DNA of 64,000 nucleotides from Eledone cirrhosa (lineage: Eukaryota): NCBI GenBank assembly GCA_964016885.1, contig OZ024743.1, positions 345,836,001 to 345,900,000 of the forward strand. Direction: 5' to 3'. This document shows, piece after piece, positions 14,926 through 26,862 of this stretch. Numbering within the stretch: the stretch's first letter is position 1; each line of letters starts with the position of its first letter. The notes below the pieces were generated by a model. It was not told the origin of the DNA, searched no databases, and worked only from the letters and a program-made list of their open reading frames with translations. A program made the translations under genes and the position numbers.

Positions 14926-14983
14926 ATACTATGATCATTTCAATGACCGGGTTCCGTATGAACCCGGTGATATCATCAGGTAT
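14926..14983 (-). ncRNA. Type-I hammerhead ribozyme
   Basis: Minus strand: atac CTGATGA t atc accgggttc-atacg-gaacccggt cat t GAAA tgatca T A gtat; palindromic stem III AUGAUCAU. Confidence 0.8.
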
Positions 14984-16790
14984 TCGAAATATAATAAATG
15001 AATGGGGCTAGAATCCATGGGGCTGAAAATCATAGACCCGAGGACGACAGACCATCTAGCATCTTCCACTTTAGCCGGTCGCCCTCAAGTGCTGGCCATT
15101 CGGCCTACTAAGGCTATCTGGTGAGGGGGCTAAACCTTATAGTGTGCTACTAACCTCCCGGTCAAAGAGAACAAAAACAGAAAGAAGAGGTAGAAAAGTC
15201 AGCGTTAATGTCATGCTACAAGAAATAAGACAGAAAGAAAGAGGAAGAAAAGTCAGCATTAATGTCATGCTACAGTCAGGCCAGGAATTGCCGCGAAAAA
15301 AGTTATTCTAAAGGACCCGTATCTTAACAGAAGTATATATTATAACAGAGGTATATATAGTGGGGGTCTACATGGTATAATGTGTGAACAGAAGATTGGA
15401 ACGTTAGATTTTTGTTTAGATTTATAGGATGAAGTTAAATAAATTAAAGATTTACATTATATAATTAAAATTAGAAAATTGAAAATTAAACAGTTTAAAC
15501 ATTTGTTTAAGGTTTTGGGTTGCGAGGTTTAGTTAAAGAAAGAGTCTTTTATGAAGAAACTTTAATTGTATTATAGAGATCCTCTATAAGTTATACGAGT
15601 GGGATGTAGAGTAAAGATTATGTCCTTGTTTAGCAGTCAGACAGCATGCGGCGACTGCAGACTCCGGCCAACCCATCCTAACCACGTGTCAGCCATTCCG
15701 AGTGAGATCGCCTAGCGAAAGATATGGAAATCAATTTTTCCAAGCCCTCTAGGAATGTATTCCAGGCTTCAGGTGTGCTAGTGGGAAGTCAGCCATCGTC
15801 GTTAGGCCATCGTTATACCAAACGGGTACTATTAATTTACACAGGAGGGGGATTTTTTAAGTAGAGGGAGGCATTATACAGCTAATAGTTATGATTAGCC
15901 CTAGAATTTAAAGGTACTATATGGCGGTCAAAAATAGGCTGCGCGGCGGGCCCCGGGGCGAATCCATCCGCTCCGAGTAATTTCATTTACCGAAAGAAGG
16001 GGAAATTTATTTTTCCAAGCACTCAAGGTTGGGCCATGCACCAGGAGGCCGGTCTCGCAGCCTGGAAAACCAACACAACAGTCGGATCATCGCGTGTAAT
16101 CAATTGTAAAACTCGATGAAAAGCGCAAATAGACTATATCTAGGACCCCGGAGAGTATTGTTGTTCTCAGGGGGAGATATTCTAGTGTCGTGTGCTAATG
16201 GGTACAAGCGAGTAAAAATCCGAATAAAAGGAATAAAAAATACGTGGATAGATAAAAGTAGAATACGTAGATAAAAAAAACATTAATAAAGTAAAAAGGT
16301 AGAAATATATAAATAAACAAATAAAAATAACTAGAGTGGTGGTGGAGTAAAACGGAGAAATCAAAACACACGAGAAATACAATATAGTTCAAGTTGCAGT
16401 CAGATAATGCATATAGATATGGAAATGGAATCAGTGTGTGTTCGAGTCTGAGAATTCAGTGTGAATTACAAAATCCCTGAAGTATAGGGTAGAGAATTTA
16501 GTTAATACAGTACAATACAGGTTATGGTATAATCCGTAGAATTTTGTCGAAGTCTGAATATTCCGAGAGGGAAGTAGCATTGGACCAGGTGGGCGGTAGA
16601 CAAAGCGCAGAGTAGCCAAAATCCGAATGGTGATTAGATCGAGTAAGTCCCATGCCGCTGTTCTTTATTACATCTGGAAGTGCTCAACATTTCAGGAGCA
16701 TTATATATATGTATGTATATATATATATATATATGTATATATTATTCAAAATATTAACAAATAAAGATATTCACATAATCAAAATATATG

Positions 16791-16855
16791 CTTTATTATA
16801 TATATTTCGAAGGTACTGTGTTGTTTTTTTTCCAGTACGTCCTCGTCAGATAAAA
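16791..16855 (-). ncRNA. Type-I hammerhead ribozyme
   Basis: Minus strand: ttttat CTGACGA ggac gtactg-loop-cagtac cttc GAAA tatata T A ataaag; 6-bp stem I. Confidence 0.75.
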
Positions 16856-16963
16856 TATATGATTTGATATATGACATACCTCTACGGTCTTGATATTTCA
16901 ATTCCAGTATTGGCAGTGATTTATTTCATCAAATCTCAACATTTATATACCACAAATAATAAT

Positions 16964-17153
16964 ATAATTGTTTCTACTATTAGCACAAGGCCAGAAATTA
17001 CCCAGTGCATTACTGGTACTTTATTTTATCGACCCCGTAAGGATGAAAGGCAAAGTTAACCTCGGCTGGATTTGAACTCAGATCGTAAAGGGACGTAACT
17101 ATGCTGGAAAGCATGACGTCCGACCCTCTACCGATACTGCCAATCCACCTGCC
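16964..17153 (-). mobile_element. tRNA-derived SINE (OK-like), full length with TSD
   Basis: Flanked by direct repeat CAAATAATAATATAAT. Confidence 0.92.
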
Positions 17154-18149
17154 AAATAATAATATAATAAACTTAAAAAGGAAAAGGACGTGGAGCGAAT
17201 TAGAGATATAAGAGTGTGTAAAGTAGAGGATATGCAAAAAATATAAGAAAAAGAAAGAGAAAAAAATGAAAAATCAATGAATATATAGATGGGTGAAAAA
17301 GAGGAAGAAATATATATAAACAAGAAGAAAAAGAATAAAGAAAGAAGAAATAACGACAAAAGAGTAGAAAAAACCGTTGTTTTCAAATATTAGGTCAATT
17401 GAGTCAACCAATCAGTTACCATAGACCACTGAATATCTCTAGTATTTGGTTATCGTTAAGCTAATTATACTAATATAATATATCAAAATTAATCAATATA
17501 CTTTTCATAGCCTTCACATATTTATTTAATTAAACATTTATATAATTTAATATAACTCATTATAGATTTTAACTTCCGGTTAAGGTAATATATTCCATAA
17601 GTATTTTGTTATAATTTAAAAAAATTATCTTTAAGGCATATTTAAATAATGATTAAACCTGTATTAAAATATATATTAAAATACATGCATATAACACCTT
17701 TATAAAATCTTTCAAATCTTTAATTATCATATAATTACAGGATTAAATTTAAGTTATATTTACTCTCAAAAGTTTTATTTCGTTAATTTATATTTACTTC
17801 AGTAATTACAAATTATTACAGTTTCCTTTTAAAGAAATTCTTATATTATTCAACTATATAATTTATGTCAAAAATTAATATAGCAAGCTATTCAAACAGA
17901 ATAAAAATATTTACGAAGAATATAAACAAAAGGAAGATAACTCATTCACAATATTTGAGCATTAAACAATATATCTACTCTGAAATCAAGTGATATTTCT
18001 AAACGATAAATTAACAATTTTCAAGTTAAATATTGAACTGTCCTGATCAAGATCTTAGGAAATTATCATAATAGATAAAACATCAATACATTATTACTCC
18101 GGTAAGGCAAACATTATAAATATAAATATATTTATAAAAATTATTAATT

Positions 18150-19015
18150 GTCAATATTCTTTCGAAACTTGTATAATGCTTGGAATGTTTTACCGGCTCT
18201 ATGTTAGCAGCTGCTAAATAATTCTTTCTTCTTATTAATTTAATTGTCATAATTTGTAACTATCAATCGAGTCTCAAGATTGCAAAGATTGCAAACATTG
18301 CAATTTGGCGAAATGGAAGTCTTCCGATAGGAATTGGCATTTTTCAGCCGTGTCCAAGAGATCGAATATTTAATATTCTTGCCCTTCAAAGACCATATTA
18401 ATTGTGAGAGTGAAGTTGAAGATTTTTTGTGTGGTTTCGAAAAGGAATTTTATGATTGTACCAACGTAGTTTAAACTCAGATGAAGTCGCACCAATGTAG
18501 TTGTATATATTATTATTTGTCATAATGGTGCATTTATATACTAGATTCTTGTCAAGGCTGTTATTTTGTAAGGAAGATTCTGACTTCCTTCTACAGTTAG
18601 ATTTCTTCTCGATGTTATTTCTATACCCTAAACTATTCATATTATTATTATTATTATTATTTTTATTATCTAAAGCTGTTTATTATTCGTATTTAAGATA
18701 TTATTATTGATATTCCCATTAAGTAATGTATTATTATTATTATTATTGTTATTATCGCTATTTATATTTTGGTTCAAATTAGGACTTTTACTATCTATTT
18801 TTGCTATACTTTGAACAATATTTATAGTTGTTGAATAAGAGAGTTTAACTGTGTGTCTATTGAAGATAGAGTAATATTTATGTGATGTAGGGAAGCATTT
18901 ATCCAAGGCTTTAAAAAATAAGTGGGGTAAAGGTGTTTTAATAGCTAAAGATGCTGGCGGAGCGTACCAGATTATAGATCTAGTTCTTATTTTTTTCACC
19001 GATTTATTCCTCAAG
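18150..19015 (-). mobile_element. Penelope-like GIY-YIG fragment, interrupted upstream by a Dong-like LINE
   Basis: IIWYAPP...HKYYSIFNRHTVKLSYST; NCR...NLVYKC...YIGATSSEFKLRWYNH. Confidence 0.8.
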
Positions 19016-19029
19016 TTGTTATTTTTACA

Positions 19030-22000
19030 GTCAATATTATTATTAATATTATTATTATTATTATTGTTATTGTTATTCCTTGAATCTCAGTCATTGATGT
19101 TGGTTAACTGGAAAGTCCGTTGGATTGAATATCAAGCCACTACCTGCAGCCTCAGATATTCAGGACGTATCGGACGGTTCTTGCCGTTCCAAGCAAGCAT
19201 GCCTTTTGAAGCGTTCCAAAAAGCGTGAAGGGGCCGATTTTCTTTAACCATCCCTGGAAACCTTTGGAGATAGTCCCCAGTGTGCCTATGACAATCGGGA
19301 CCACTTTGACTTCATGGCAGTTCCAAATCCTTTTCACCTCCCACTTTAGGTCCTGGTATCGGTTAATTTTCTCCCTCTCCTTCTCTTGCACTCTCGTGTC
19401 GAACGGGCAGGCCACATCCACAATCAGGCACGATCTTTTTTCTTTGTCCACAACCACCAGGTCAGGTCTATTGTGTTCCAGTTTTTTGTCCGTCTGTATC
19501 CTAAAATCCCACAGCACCTTCACCTGACTGTTCTCCATCACCGCCTCTGGCCTATGCTCATACCATTTCTCAGAATGTGGTAGATTGTTTACTTTGCACA
19601 GGTGCCAGTGGATCACCCTGCCCATCACATCGTGTCTCCAGCCCTTATAGTGGGTCTGGGCTAGGTGTTTACACTCGGACACAATGTGGGCCACAGTCTC
19701 CTCTCTCTCTCCACAGATCCTGCACAGTGGGCTAGCCTCCTCCTTGTAGATATGGTGCTTCAACCACTTCGTTTTGAGAGCCTGCTCCTGCGCAGCCATT
19801 AGCATTCCTTCTGTAGCCTTTTTGAGGTCTCCTCTTCTCAACCAGTTCCATGTCTGTGGATCTGTAAATTCAGTTTTCTCAAAGAAGGTACTATGAAGGG
19901 ATTTTCCCTTAAGGCTGCTCTTCCTCCTTGATGTTATTTCCTCCTTGGATATCCCCTGGCCTACTGTCCCCTCCTTCAGTACAGCTCTGAGCATTGGCTC
20001 CTTACTATAGGTCACGTATTTGTATAGGTTGTTTTTCTCCATCTGAACACAGTCCTCTATGCTGATAAGACCTCTTCCACCCTCAGATCTCCTTAGGTAG
20101 AGTCTATCGACATCACTCCTCTTGTGGAACATGTTGTAGATAGTCAATAGCTTCCTAGTCTTCCTATCCATTTCTTTTTGTTCAGCAACATTCCATCTCA
20201 GAATTCCCGCACTGTACCTAATAATAGACACAGCTCGGGAATTTACTGCGCTTATGGCATTTCTGCTGTTCAGATGTGACTTCAATACGCTCCTTACTCT
20301 CCGAATGTATTCAGTTCTTAACAATTCCTTCATTTTTTTGTTCTTTATGCCATCAGCCTCCAGAACGCCCAAATACTTGTATCCTTCCTCAGAGTCAATT
20401 TCCTTTATCATCTCACCTGTTGGTATCTGGATCCCGTTACTTCTGCTCAACCTACCCCTCCTCATCACAATGACTCCACATTTACCAATACCAAACTGCA
20501 TACATATATCACTGCTGAAAATACGGACAGTGTCAACAAGCACATCCAACTCCTTCTCACTTTTCCCGAAGAGCTTAAGATCGTCCATGAAGAGGAGGTG
20601 ATTGATGGTAAGCTCTCCCCTTCCCAACTTGTATCCTGCTCTCACTTTTCGCAGCATAATGGTCAAGGGCATCAGGGCAAGGACAAACAACAGAGGGGAC
20701 AGGCTATCTCCCTGGAAGATACCTCTCTTGATCTTCACGCTTCCCAAGGATACTCCAGTTGATGTCAACTCTGTCTCCCAGGACCCCATACTCCTGCCCA
20801 GCAACTGTCTGATGTTATCTGCCACCTTGAAGATCTCCAGGCTTTTGGTGATCCAGGAATGAGGCACCATGTCAAATGCCTTTCTGTAGTCTATCCATCC
20901 CATGGCAAGATCAGTGTGTCTCCTCCTGCAATTCCCCATTACCATCTTATCAATAAGCAACTGGTCCTTTGTACCACGTGACTTCTTTCGGCATCCTTTC
21001 TGTTCGTCCGGTAACAAGTTGTTTGTGTGGAGGTGATGGTAGATTTCCTCAGACACAATGCTCGTCAACAGTTTCCACATTACGGGCAGACATGTGATAG
21101 GTCTATAGTTGGTAACATCATTACCCTTGCTTCGGTCTTTCATTATCAGAACTGTGGTACCTTTTGTCAACCACTCTGGCACCTCACCCGACACCAAGCA
21201 GTCATTGAACATGGCCGTCAGCTTCGGGTGGAGGGATGTTAAATGTTTAATCCAATACCCCTGCACACCATCTGGGCCTGGTGATTTCCAGTTGGTTAGT
21301 TTTTTGGCTTGCCCCTTAAGAGTTTCAACTGTGATACTCAAATCAGTCTGTTGTTGTGCCTGCTCACCGATCTCCCTCTGTACTGTCTCAATCCACCCTG
21401 CCTGGGCATTGTGTCTAACATCCTGCTCCCATATTCCTCTCCAGAATGTTTTAGCTTGTTCCGCCCCAGGGATCAAGTCGTTGCCTCTTTCTTTCCCCTC
21501 AAGCTGTCCAAACAGCATCTTCTGGTTGTTGTCGAACATGCGGTTCTGTTTATACTGACTGACTCTGTTCTCGTATCGCCTGATTTTGGCACTCTTTGCT
21601 ACAATGCGTTGCTTCAATTCCTCTATGAAAATATTTAGCTTTTTACTCCTAGTTTTGTATTTTATTTCCAGTCTATTTTTAGTGCCTATGTTTTTTAGTG
21701 TCCCATTCAGTAGTGACTCAAGCTTTCCTATGTCATTTCTCATTTCCCCGATTTGCCCACTCAGTCGCTTCTTCCACCACGGCTCTGCTCTTTCTTGTCT
21801 GTTGTTTCCTCTCGCTTTTATACCAAGTAGTTTCCTCACCGTATTTGCTGTTGCTTTGAGGATATTGTTGCACTGGTGAAGACTCCTCGCCTCAAGGTAT
21901 GGGATGACTTTGTTTACCTTAGCTGTTGTTTCTTTTAACTTTTTCCTGTCTACAAATCTTAGGTTCATAGGTCTCCCACTATCATTGTTCAACTCATCTA

Positions 22001-22640
22001 CCACTAAATTTAGGATGTCAACCGAATCTTGTCCTAGCCCGTCAGCATTCATCTCCTCAGTGGCCGTATCTCTGTTCCAGGTATTATTTATCTCAGTATT
22101 CAGATCATTGTCTGCTTCGGGTGGTTCCTCCGTTCTCAGGACCTCCTCACCTTCATTTCCCGCCGGCTCGCCTGTCTGGCATACTACACCCGCCATCTCC
22201 AAGCCATTCTCTCTGCTCAGTTCCTCCAGTTCCAGCTCGCTTATCCACCCATTAGTTCTTATTACCCGAGCCTGCCCGGCCAATTTTTGTTCATCTAATT
22301 TAAATAAACCAATCTCGTTCCAGATGTTATGCATCCGTCTCCTGTAGCCCCTCTCCTTGGGGTTACTTTTCAGGTAGCATTGCATAACAGTTCTATTCAA
22401 TTCTTTCGTCCAGTTGGTTCTGGCCCCTTTCCTTCTTCTTCTTCCTCCAACATCAGCAGTATTTGGTTGACAGTCAGGTTCCTGCTGCTGAGCCAGGGGG
22501 CACCTGTTGGGTGAGAGTCTGTCACATGACGTTCTAGTCTCCATTTCACCGTTATTCGAACTGTTTATGTTCGATATTTAAACACTCTTATCGAGGATTG
22601 GCGAACGTATGTTTACATAGCCATCTGTGGATCCGCCATC
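19030..22640 (-). mobile_element. R4/Dong-like non-LTR retrotransposon, family A, ORF intact
   Basis: Single ORF, short 3'UTR, (TAA)n tail at ~19030-19078. Confidence 0.93.
19152..22544 (-). CDS. Reverse transcriptase + CCHC zinc knuckle + restriction-like endonuclease (R4/Dong clade), 1130 aa
   Basis: [64 protein letters not shown]...IVDVACP. Confidence 0.95.
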   Translation of the reverse strand: METRTSCDRLSPNRCPLAQQQEPDCQPNTADVGGRRRRKGARTNWTKELNRTVMQCYLKSNPKERGYRRRMHNIWNEIGLFKLDEQKLAGQARVIRTNGWISELELEELSRENGLEMAGVVCQTGEPAGNEGEEVLRTEEPPEADNDLNTEINNTWNRDTATEEMNADGLGQDSVDILNLVVDELNNDSGRPMNLRFVDRKKLKETTAKVNKVIPYLEARSLHQCNNILKATANTVRKLLGIKARGNNRQERAEPWWKKRLSGQIGEMRNDIGKLESLLNGTLKNIGTKNRLEIKYKTRSKKLNIFIEELKQRIVAKSAKIRRYENRVSQYKQNRMFDNNQKMLFGQLEGKERGNDLIPGAEQAKTFWRGIWEQDVRHNAQAGWIETVQREIGEQAQQQTDLSITVETLKGQAKKLTNWKSPGPDGVQGYWIKHLTSLHPKLTAMFNDCLVSGEVPEWLTKGTTVLIMKDRSKGNDVTNYRPITCLPVMWKLLTSIVSEEIYHHLHTNNLLPDEQKGCRKKSRGTKDQLLIDKMVMGNCRRRHTDLAMGWIDYRKAFDMVPHSWITKSLEIFKVADNIRQLLGRSMGSWETELTSTGVSLGSVKIKRGIFQGDSLSPLLFVLALMPLTIMLRKVRAGYKLGRGELTINHLLFMDDLKLFGKSEKELDVLVDTVRIFSSDICMQFGIGKCGVIVMRRGRLSRSNGIQIPTGEMIKEIDSEEGYKYLGVLEADGIKNKKMKELLRTEYIRRVRSVLKSHLNSRNAISAVNSRAVSIIRYSAGILRWNVAEQKEMDRKTRKLLTIYNMFHKRSDVDRLYLRRSEGGRGLISIEDCVQMEKNNLYKYVTYSKEPMLRAVLKEGTVGQGISKEEITSRRKSSLKGKSLHSTFFEKTEFTDPQTWNWLRRGDLKKATEGMLMAAQEQALKTKWLKHHIYKEEASPLCRICGEREETVAHIVSECKHLAQTHYKGWRHDVMGRVIHWHLCKVNNLPHSEKWYEHRPEAVMENSQVKVLWDFRIQTDKKLEHNRPDLVVVDKEKRSCLIVDVACPFDTRVQEKEREKINRYQDLKWEVKRIWNCHEVKVVPIVIGTLGTISKGFQGWLKKIGPFTLFGTLQKACLLGTARTVRYVLNI

Positions 22641-22991
22641 TCTCTTGAGGTCACTGGTTGTGACTTGGTGATAACTCGTATGAACATAAAGCAAGATAAA
22701 TATAACTGTAATAATAATAATAACAATCGGGATCACTTTGACTTCATGGCAGTTCCAAATCCTTTTTACCTCCCACTTTAAGTCCCGGTATCGGTTAATT
22801 TTCTCCATCTCCTTCTCTTGCAGAGGGAGAAAATTAACCGATACCAGGACTTAAAGTGGGAGGTAAAAAGGATTTGGAACTGCCATGAAGTCAAAGTGAT
22901 CCCGATTGTTATTATTATTATTACAGTTATATTTATCTTGCTTTATGTTCATACGAGTTATCACCAAGTCACAACCAGTGACCTCAAGAGA
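22641..22991. repeat. Chimeric inverted repeat: ~170-bp arms, 11-nt spacer
   Basis: Each arm = family B 3'UTR + (TAA)n + family A RLE fragment; about 2 mismatches. Confidence 0.92.
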
Positions 22992-25900
22992 CAACAAGGT
23001 CCGCCATGTTCAAGAAAGAACATACATACTCACACATGCATCTTTAGTGTTTAGACTTGTGATGTACTTATATTGACAGAATCTTCCTTAGTATATGGGC
23101 AGTTCCCATTAGTACTATCTTTTGTATTTCTCCTATACGCGGGTTTCTTAGGATTTGCGATAAGTAATCATTAGACCCCTTAGGTATCATTTCCAGAGCG
23201 CCTACAACCACTGGTATTGTTTTAGTTCTCAATTTCCACATTTTTCCAATTTCTATCTCCAGGTCCTTATACTTGCTCAATTTTTCAAATATTTTTATAG
23301 ATACATTCTTGTCTATTGGAACAGACATATCAATTAGCAGGCATACCCTCTTTTTAAAGTCCTTCAATATTATATCAGGTCTATTTGCATCTATTTTTCG
23401 GTCTGTTTGGATGCTAAAGTTCCACAAGATTGAGATGTGATCTTTTTCAAGTATGGGAGGTGGTTGATGCTCCCACCAATTCTTTTGATGCGGCAGGTCA
23501 AAATGCTTACACATTATCCAATGTATGTATTGTGCAGCTCTGTCATGCCTGTTTAGGTATTCGGTTGGAGCTATAGGACTACACATTGAAATTATATGAT
23601 CAATGGTCTCTGGTTGTTTTTTACATACACGGCATAATGGATTGCATCCATTTTTTATTATGTTGGCTTGGTAATTTTTTGTTGGCAGACACTGATCTTG
23701 TGCTGATATAATCATTCCTTCAGTCTCCGATTTCAGTTCAGAGGATGCCAACCACTGATGGATTAAAGTTTTGTCAACATCAGGATTGTTAGCTCGCTCT
23801 GGGTATTTTCCATACATAGGCTTTTCTTGCCATTTCTTAGCCAGTTTCTGTAGCAGTTCTTTCTTTGCAGCTACTTTTACCTGCTTTGCTTTCTCTGTGT
23901 TTTCCATTTCAGCAGTAAATGGGACTTCCGAAATTTGTAGTCCATTACTGTATCTTTGTGCATCTTTTGTAATGGAATATGATGTTTTGATGCTTTCGTG
24001 TTTCAAAACGAGTTTGATCATCCAATCATGTGATTCCCTTAGATATGTAGATAATCCAATTGTTGCAGTTTTCAACGCAATGTCTAACTGGATTAACCCA
24101 CGTCCTCCTTCTTTCCTAGGGAGATATATTCTATATATATCTGCCTTAGGGTGCTGCATTCTGTGCATGGTTAATAATTTTTGAATTTTTGTATCGAGCC
24201 TACGGATCTCTGTGCTTGACCAGTTGATGACATTGTAACTGTAGGTTACTACTGGTATGGCAAGCGTGTTTATGGCATCGATCCTATTCCTTGCATTCAA
24301 TTCCGTTCTTAAGATTGCTCTTACTCTGCGGTAACATTCCTTCCTTATCCTTTCCCTCATTGTCGAGTGCTTGATTCCGTCTCTTTCACAAACACCTAGA
24401 TATTTGTAAGTTTTTTCTTGATCAAGTTATCTTATCACGTTCCCCCGATCAAGATTAATGTCTGAACTCTTCAGCAGCTTTCCTCTGGTGAACGTTGCTT
24501 TGGCGCACTTATCTAGTCCAAACTCTATTTTAATGTCATCACTGAACTGCTCCACAGTGGATAATAGCCCTTGCAATTGTTCATCATTTTTTGAAAATAG
24601 TTTCAGGTCATCCATGTAGAACAAGTGATTAATGGTTTTGTCATAGACTTTATATCCATGTTTTGTTTCATTGAGCATTTTACTTAATGGTATAAGTGCA
24701 ATGCAGAATAAAAGCGGTGATAAAGAGTCACCCTGAAAAATTCCACAATTAATATTAACTTCTCCAGCTTCCAGTGATTTTGTTTCACTATTCAAAAAGA
24801 GTGTCGTTTTCCATGTCTTCATACTGAATGACAAAAACCTCCAGACAACGGGGGATATTTTGAAAATCTCTAAACATTTTTCAATCTAACTCTGTGGCAA
24901 ACTGTCGAATGCTTTTTTATAATCTATCCAAGCAATCGATAGATTTTTGTGTCTATTATGACAATCTTCTAGTATCATTTTGTTAACCAAAAGCTGATCC
25001 TTACAGCCATATGAGCCTCGTTTTCACCCTCTTTGCTCAATGGGAAATAGGTCATTTGTTATCAGGTGGTCATATGTGTATTCAGTTAGGACTGATATTA
25101 AAATTTTATACATTGTGGTCAAGCAAGTTATCGGTCTGTAATTTTTGGGATTGTATGTCTCATCATTCTTCGGATGCAGGAATGTAATGCCGTTAACTAG
25201 CATGATGGTATCTTTTCTGGCTCCTTAACTATTTCATTGTAAAGTTGGGCTAACAGCTTATGAGACTCTGTGAAGGCATTTATCCAAAAAATTTGTATTT
25301 TGTCTTTTTCTGGGGATTTCCATTTGCTGGCTGTTCTTAGAGCCAAGCGCAGCCGTTCAACTGTTATATTTCCCCATATTTGTTCCTCAAGGTGAGCTGT
25401 ATCTTTCATTTTTCTGTCTATCCATGGGGCCTTTATGTTATGAACTTTTTCTTCGGCCCAGATCTTTTCCCAGAATTCTTGCACTTCCTCCTTGGGTGGT
25501 ATTGATTTAGCAGTTATTGTTGACTTACCAATTTTTCTGTAGAAGTTTCTTTGGTTGTTTTTGAACATATTATTGTCCTTATAGAATCTAGATCGTTTTT
25601 CAAAGCGCCTTATACGAGCAACTTTGGCCGACACTTTTTGCTTGATTATTTCTATCAGCATGTCTATGTCACTTGTTGATTTTATACTGTACTTTCTTTT
25701 CAATTTTCTAAGTTTAGTTTGTTTAACATGTTCACCTACTTTATAGTTTGTTAACATTTCTATGTCAGATCGGAGAAGGTTTATTTGGCGATTGATGTTC
25801 TGTTGCCAAGTAGATATCTTATGGGAATTCATTTGTTTTTTCATCTTCACTCGACACAAGTGAGTGGTGACTTTAGCCGATGCATAATAGAGATGATTTA

Positions 25901-26862
25901 AATCAGTAATGTTTAGTTTGTTTGTGATGATAATGTTTTTGATAATTATGTTAGTCCTGTGTATTATCTTTTGGTTCTGTTTGGAGTTCTGGATCTTAGG
26001 GAGGGTGTCTCGTTGCACCATGTCAGATTCTTTCATTTTCATCTATTCGATCATAATTTCATCCTTCAAGTTGGCAAGTTCATTCTCATTCATTTCTTTA
26101 TCATTTACGATCTCATTATTTTCATTTGGAGTTTCATCTTGAGCATGCACTCCCTCCACTTTTTCGATCCTTTCTTTAATTTGTTCTGTTTCCAGCGATT
26201 CCGCCCCAACCCTGGGATTCGAAGTGTTACAATTCACCTCGTTTTCACTGACACATGTTTCATTTTCCCTTCGCAGACTTTGTGCTAATAGCTTGATCTG
26301 ATCAATTTCTATATCAGTTAGTAACTTTTTTCTTACAATATTTCTTCGTATATTGGCTAGTTTGTTACTGTCAATATAGCCTCTGTTTTCGGGATGTTTC
26401 TTTTTACAGTTGTTATATGTCTGTTCTGTATTCGATGTATTTGATGGGTAGTACATGGCAGTGTAGAAAGCCTCAAGGACTCCTTTATTATCTTCCCTTG
26501 ACCATTTTTCTCTCTTTTTCTTTGGATTTCTTGGTGGTGAGCATGGAGGCCAACAGTAGGAGTATTCCGGTTATGGGAGGTCTCCAGCTCCGAAGTGATG
26601 GGAAGGTTTGAACCATTAGCTGATTTTTCGACCCCAGTCTGGTTCCTCTCTGAGGGACGCGGCCCTTTTTTACCCGGGTAACGGCCGATCCGGTATGAGA
26701 TTTTATCATTAGACATTTACTTTATTTAGTCGCGTTTTATCCTTATCCGCCAAGGGGTAATCATTTCGTGTTACCACTTCTAGAACGAGTGTCAACCAAG
26801 AATAGAGGGGTCGTTCTTCCCTAGAGACACGGCTATTCCCCGCCGGCCGCCATCCCGGTATT
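22909..26862 (-). mobile_element. R4/Dong-like LINE, family B, full length but with stops and frameshifts
   Basis: ORF pieces 26357-26716, 26043-26456, 25197-26042, 24427-24834 ([15 protein letters not shown]), 23068-24360 (CRVC..H....C, RPDII); 5' end shared with the 36040 copy. Confidence 0.92.

Larger units (their letters stand above)
11640..15000 (-). mobile_element. Penelope-like element remnant: GIY-YIG region plus long AT-rich 3' region, no RT visible
   Basis: YFNPPY..., CNCR..NCPLNGNCL..NIVY.C...TYIGST, then ..FCNLCILE...LLNRKSEI..CPH; hammerheads near both ends. Confidence 0.75.
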
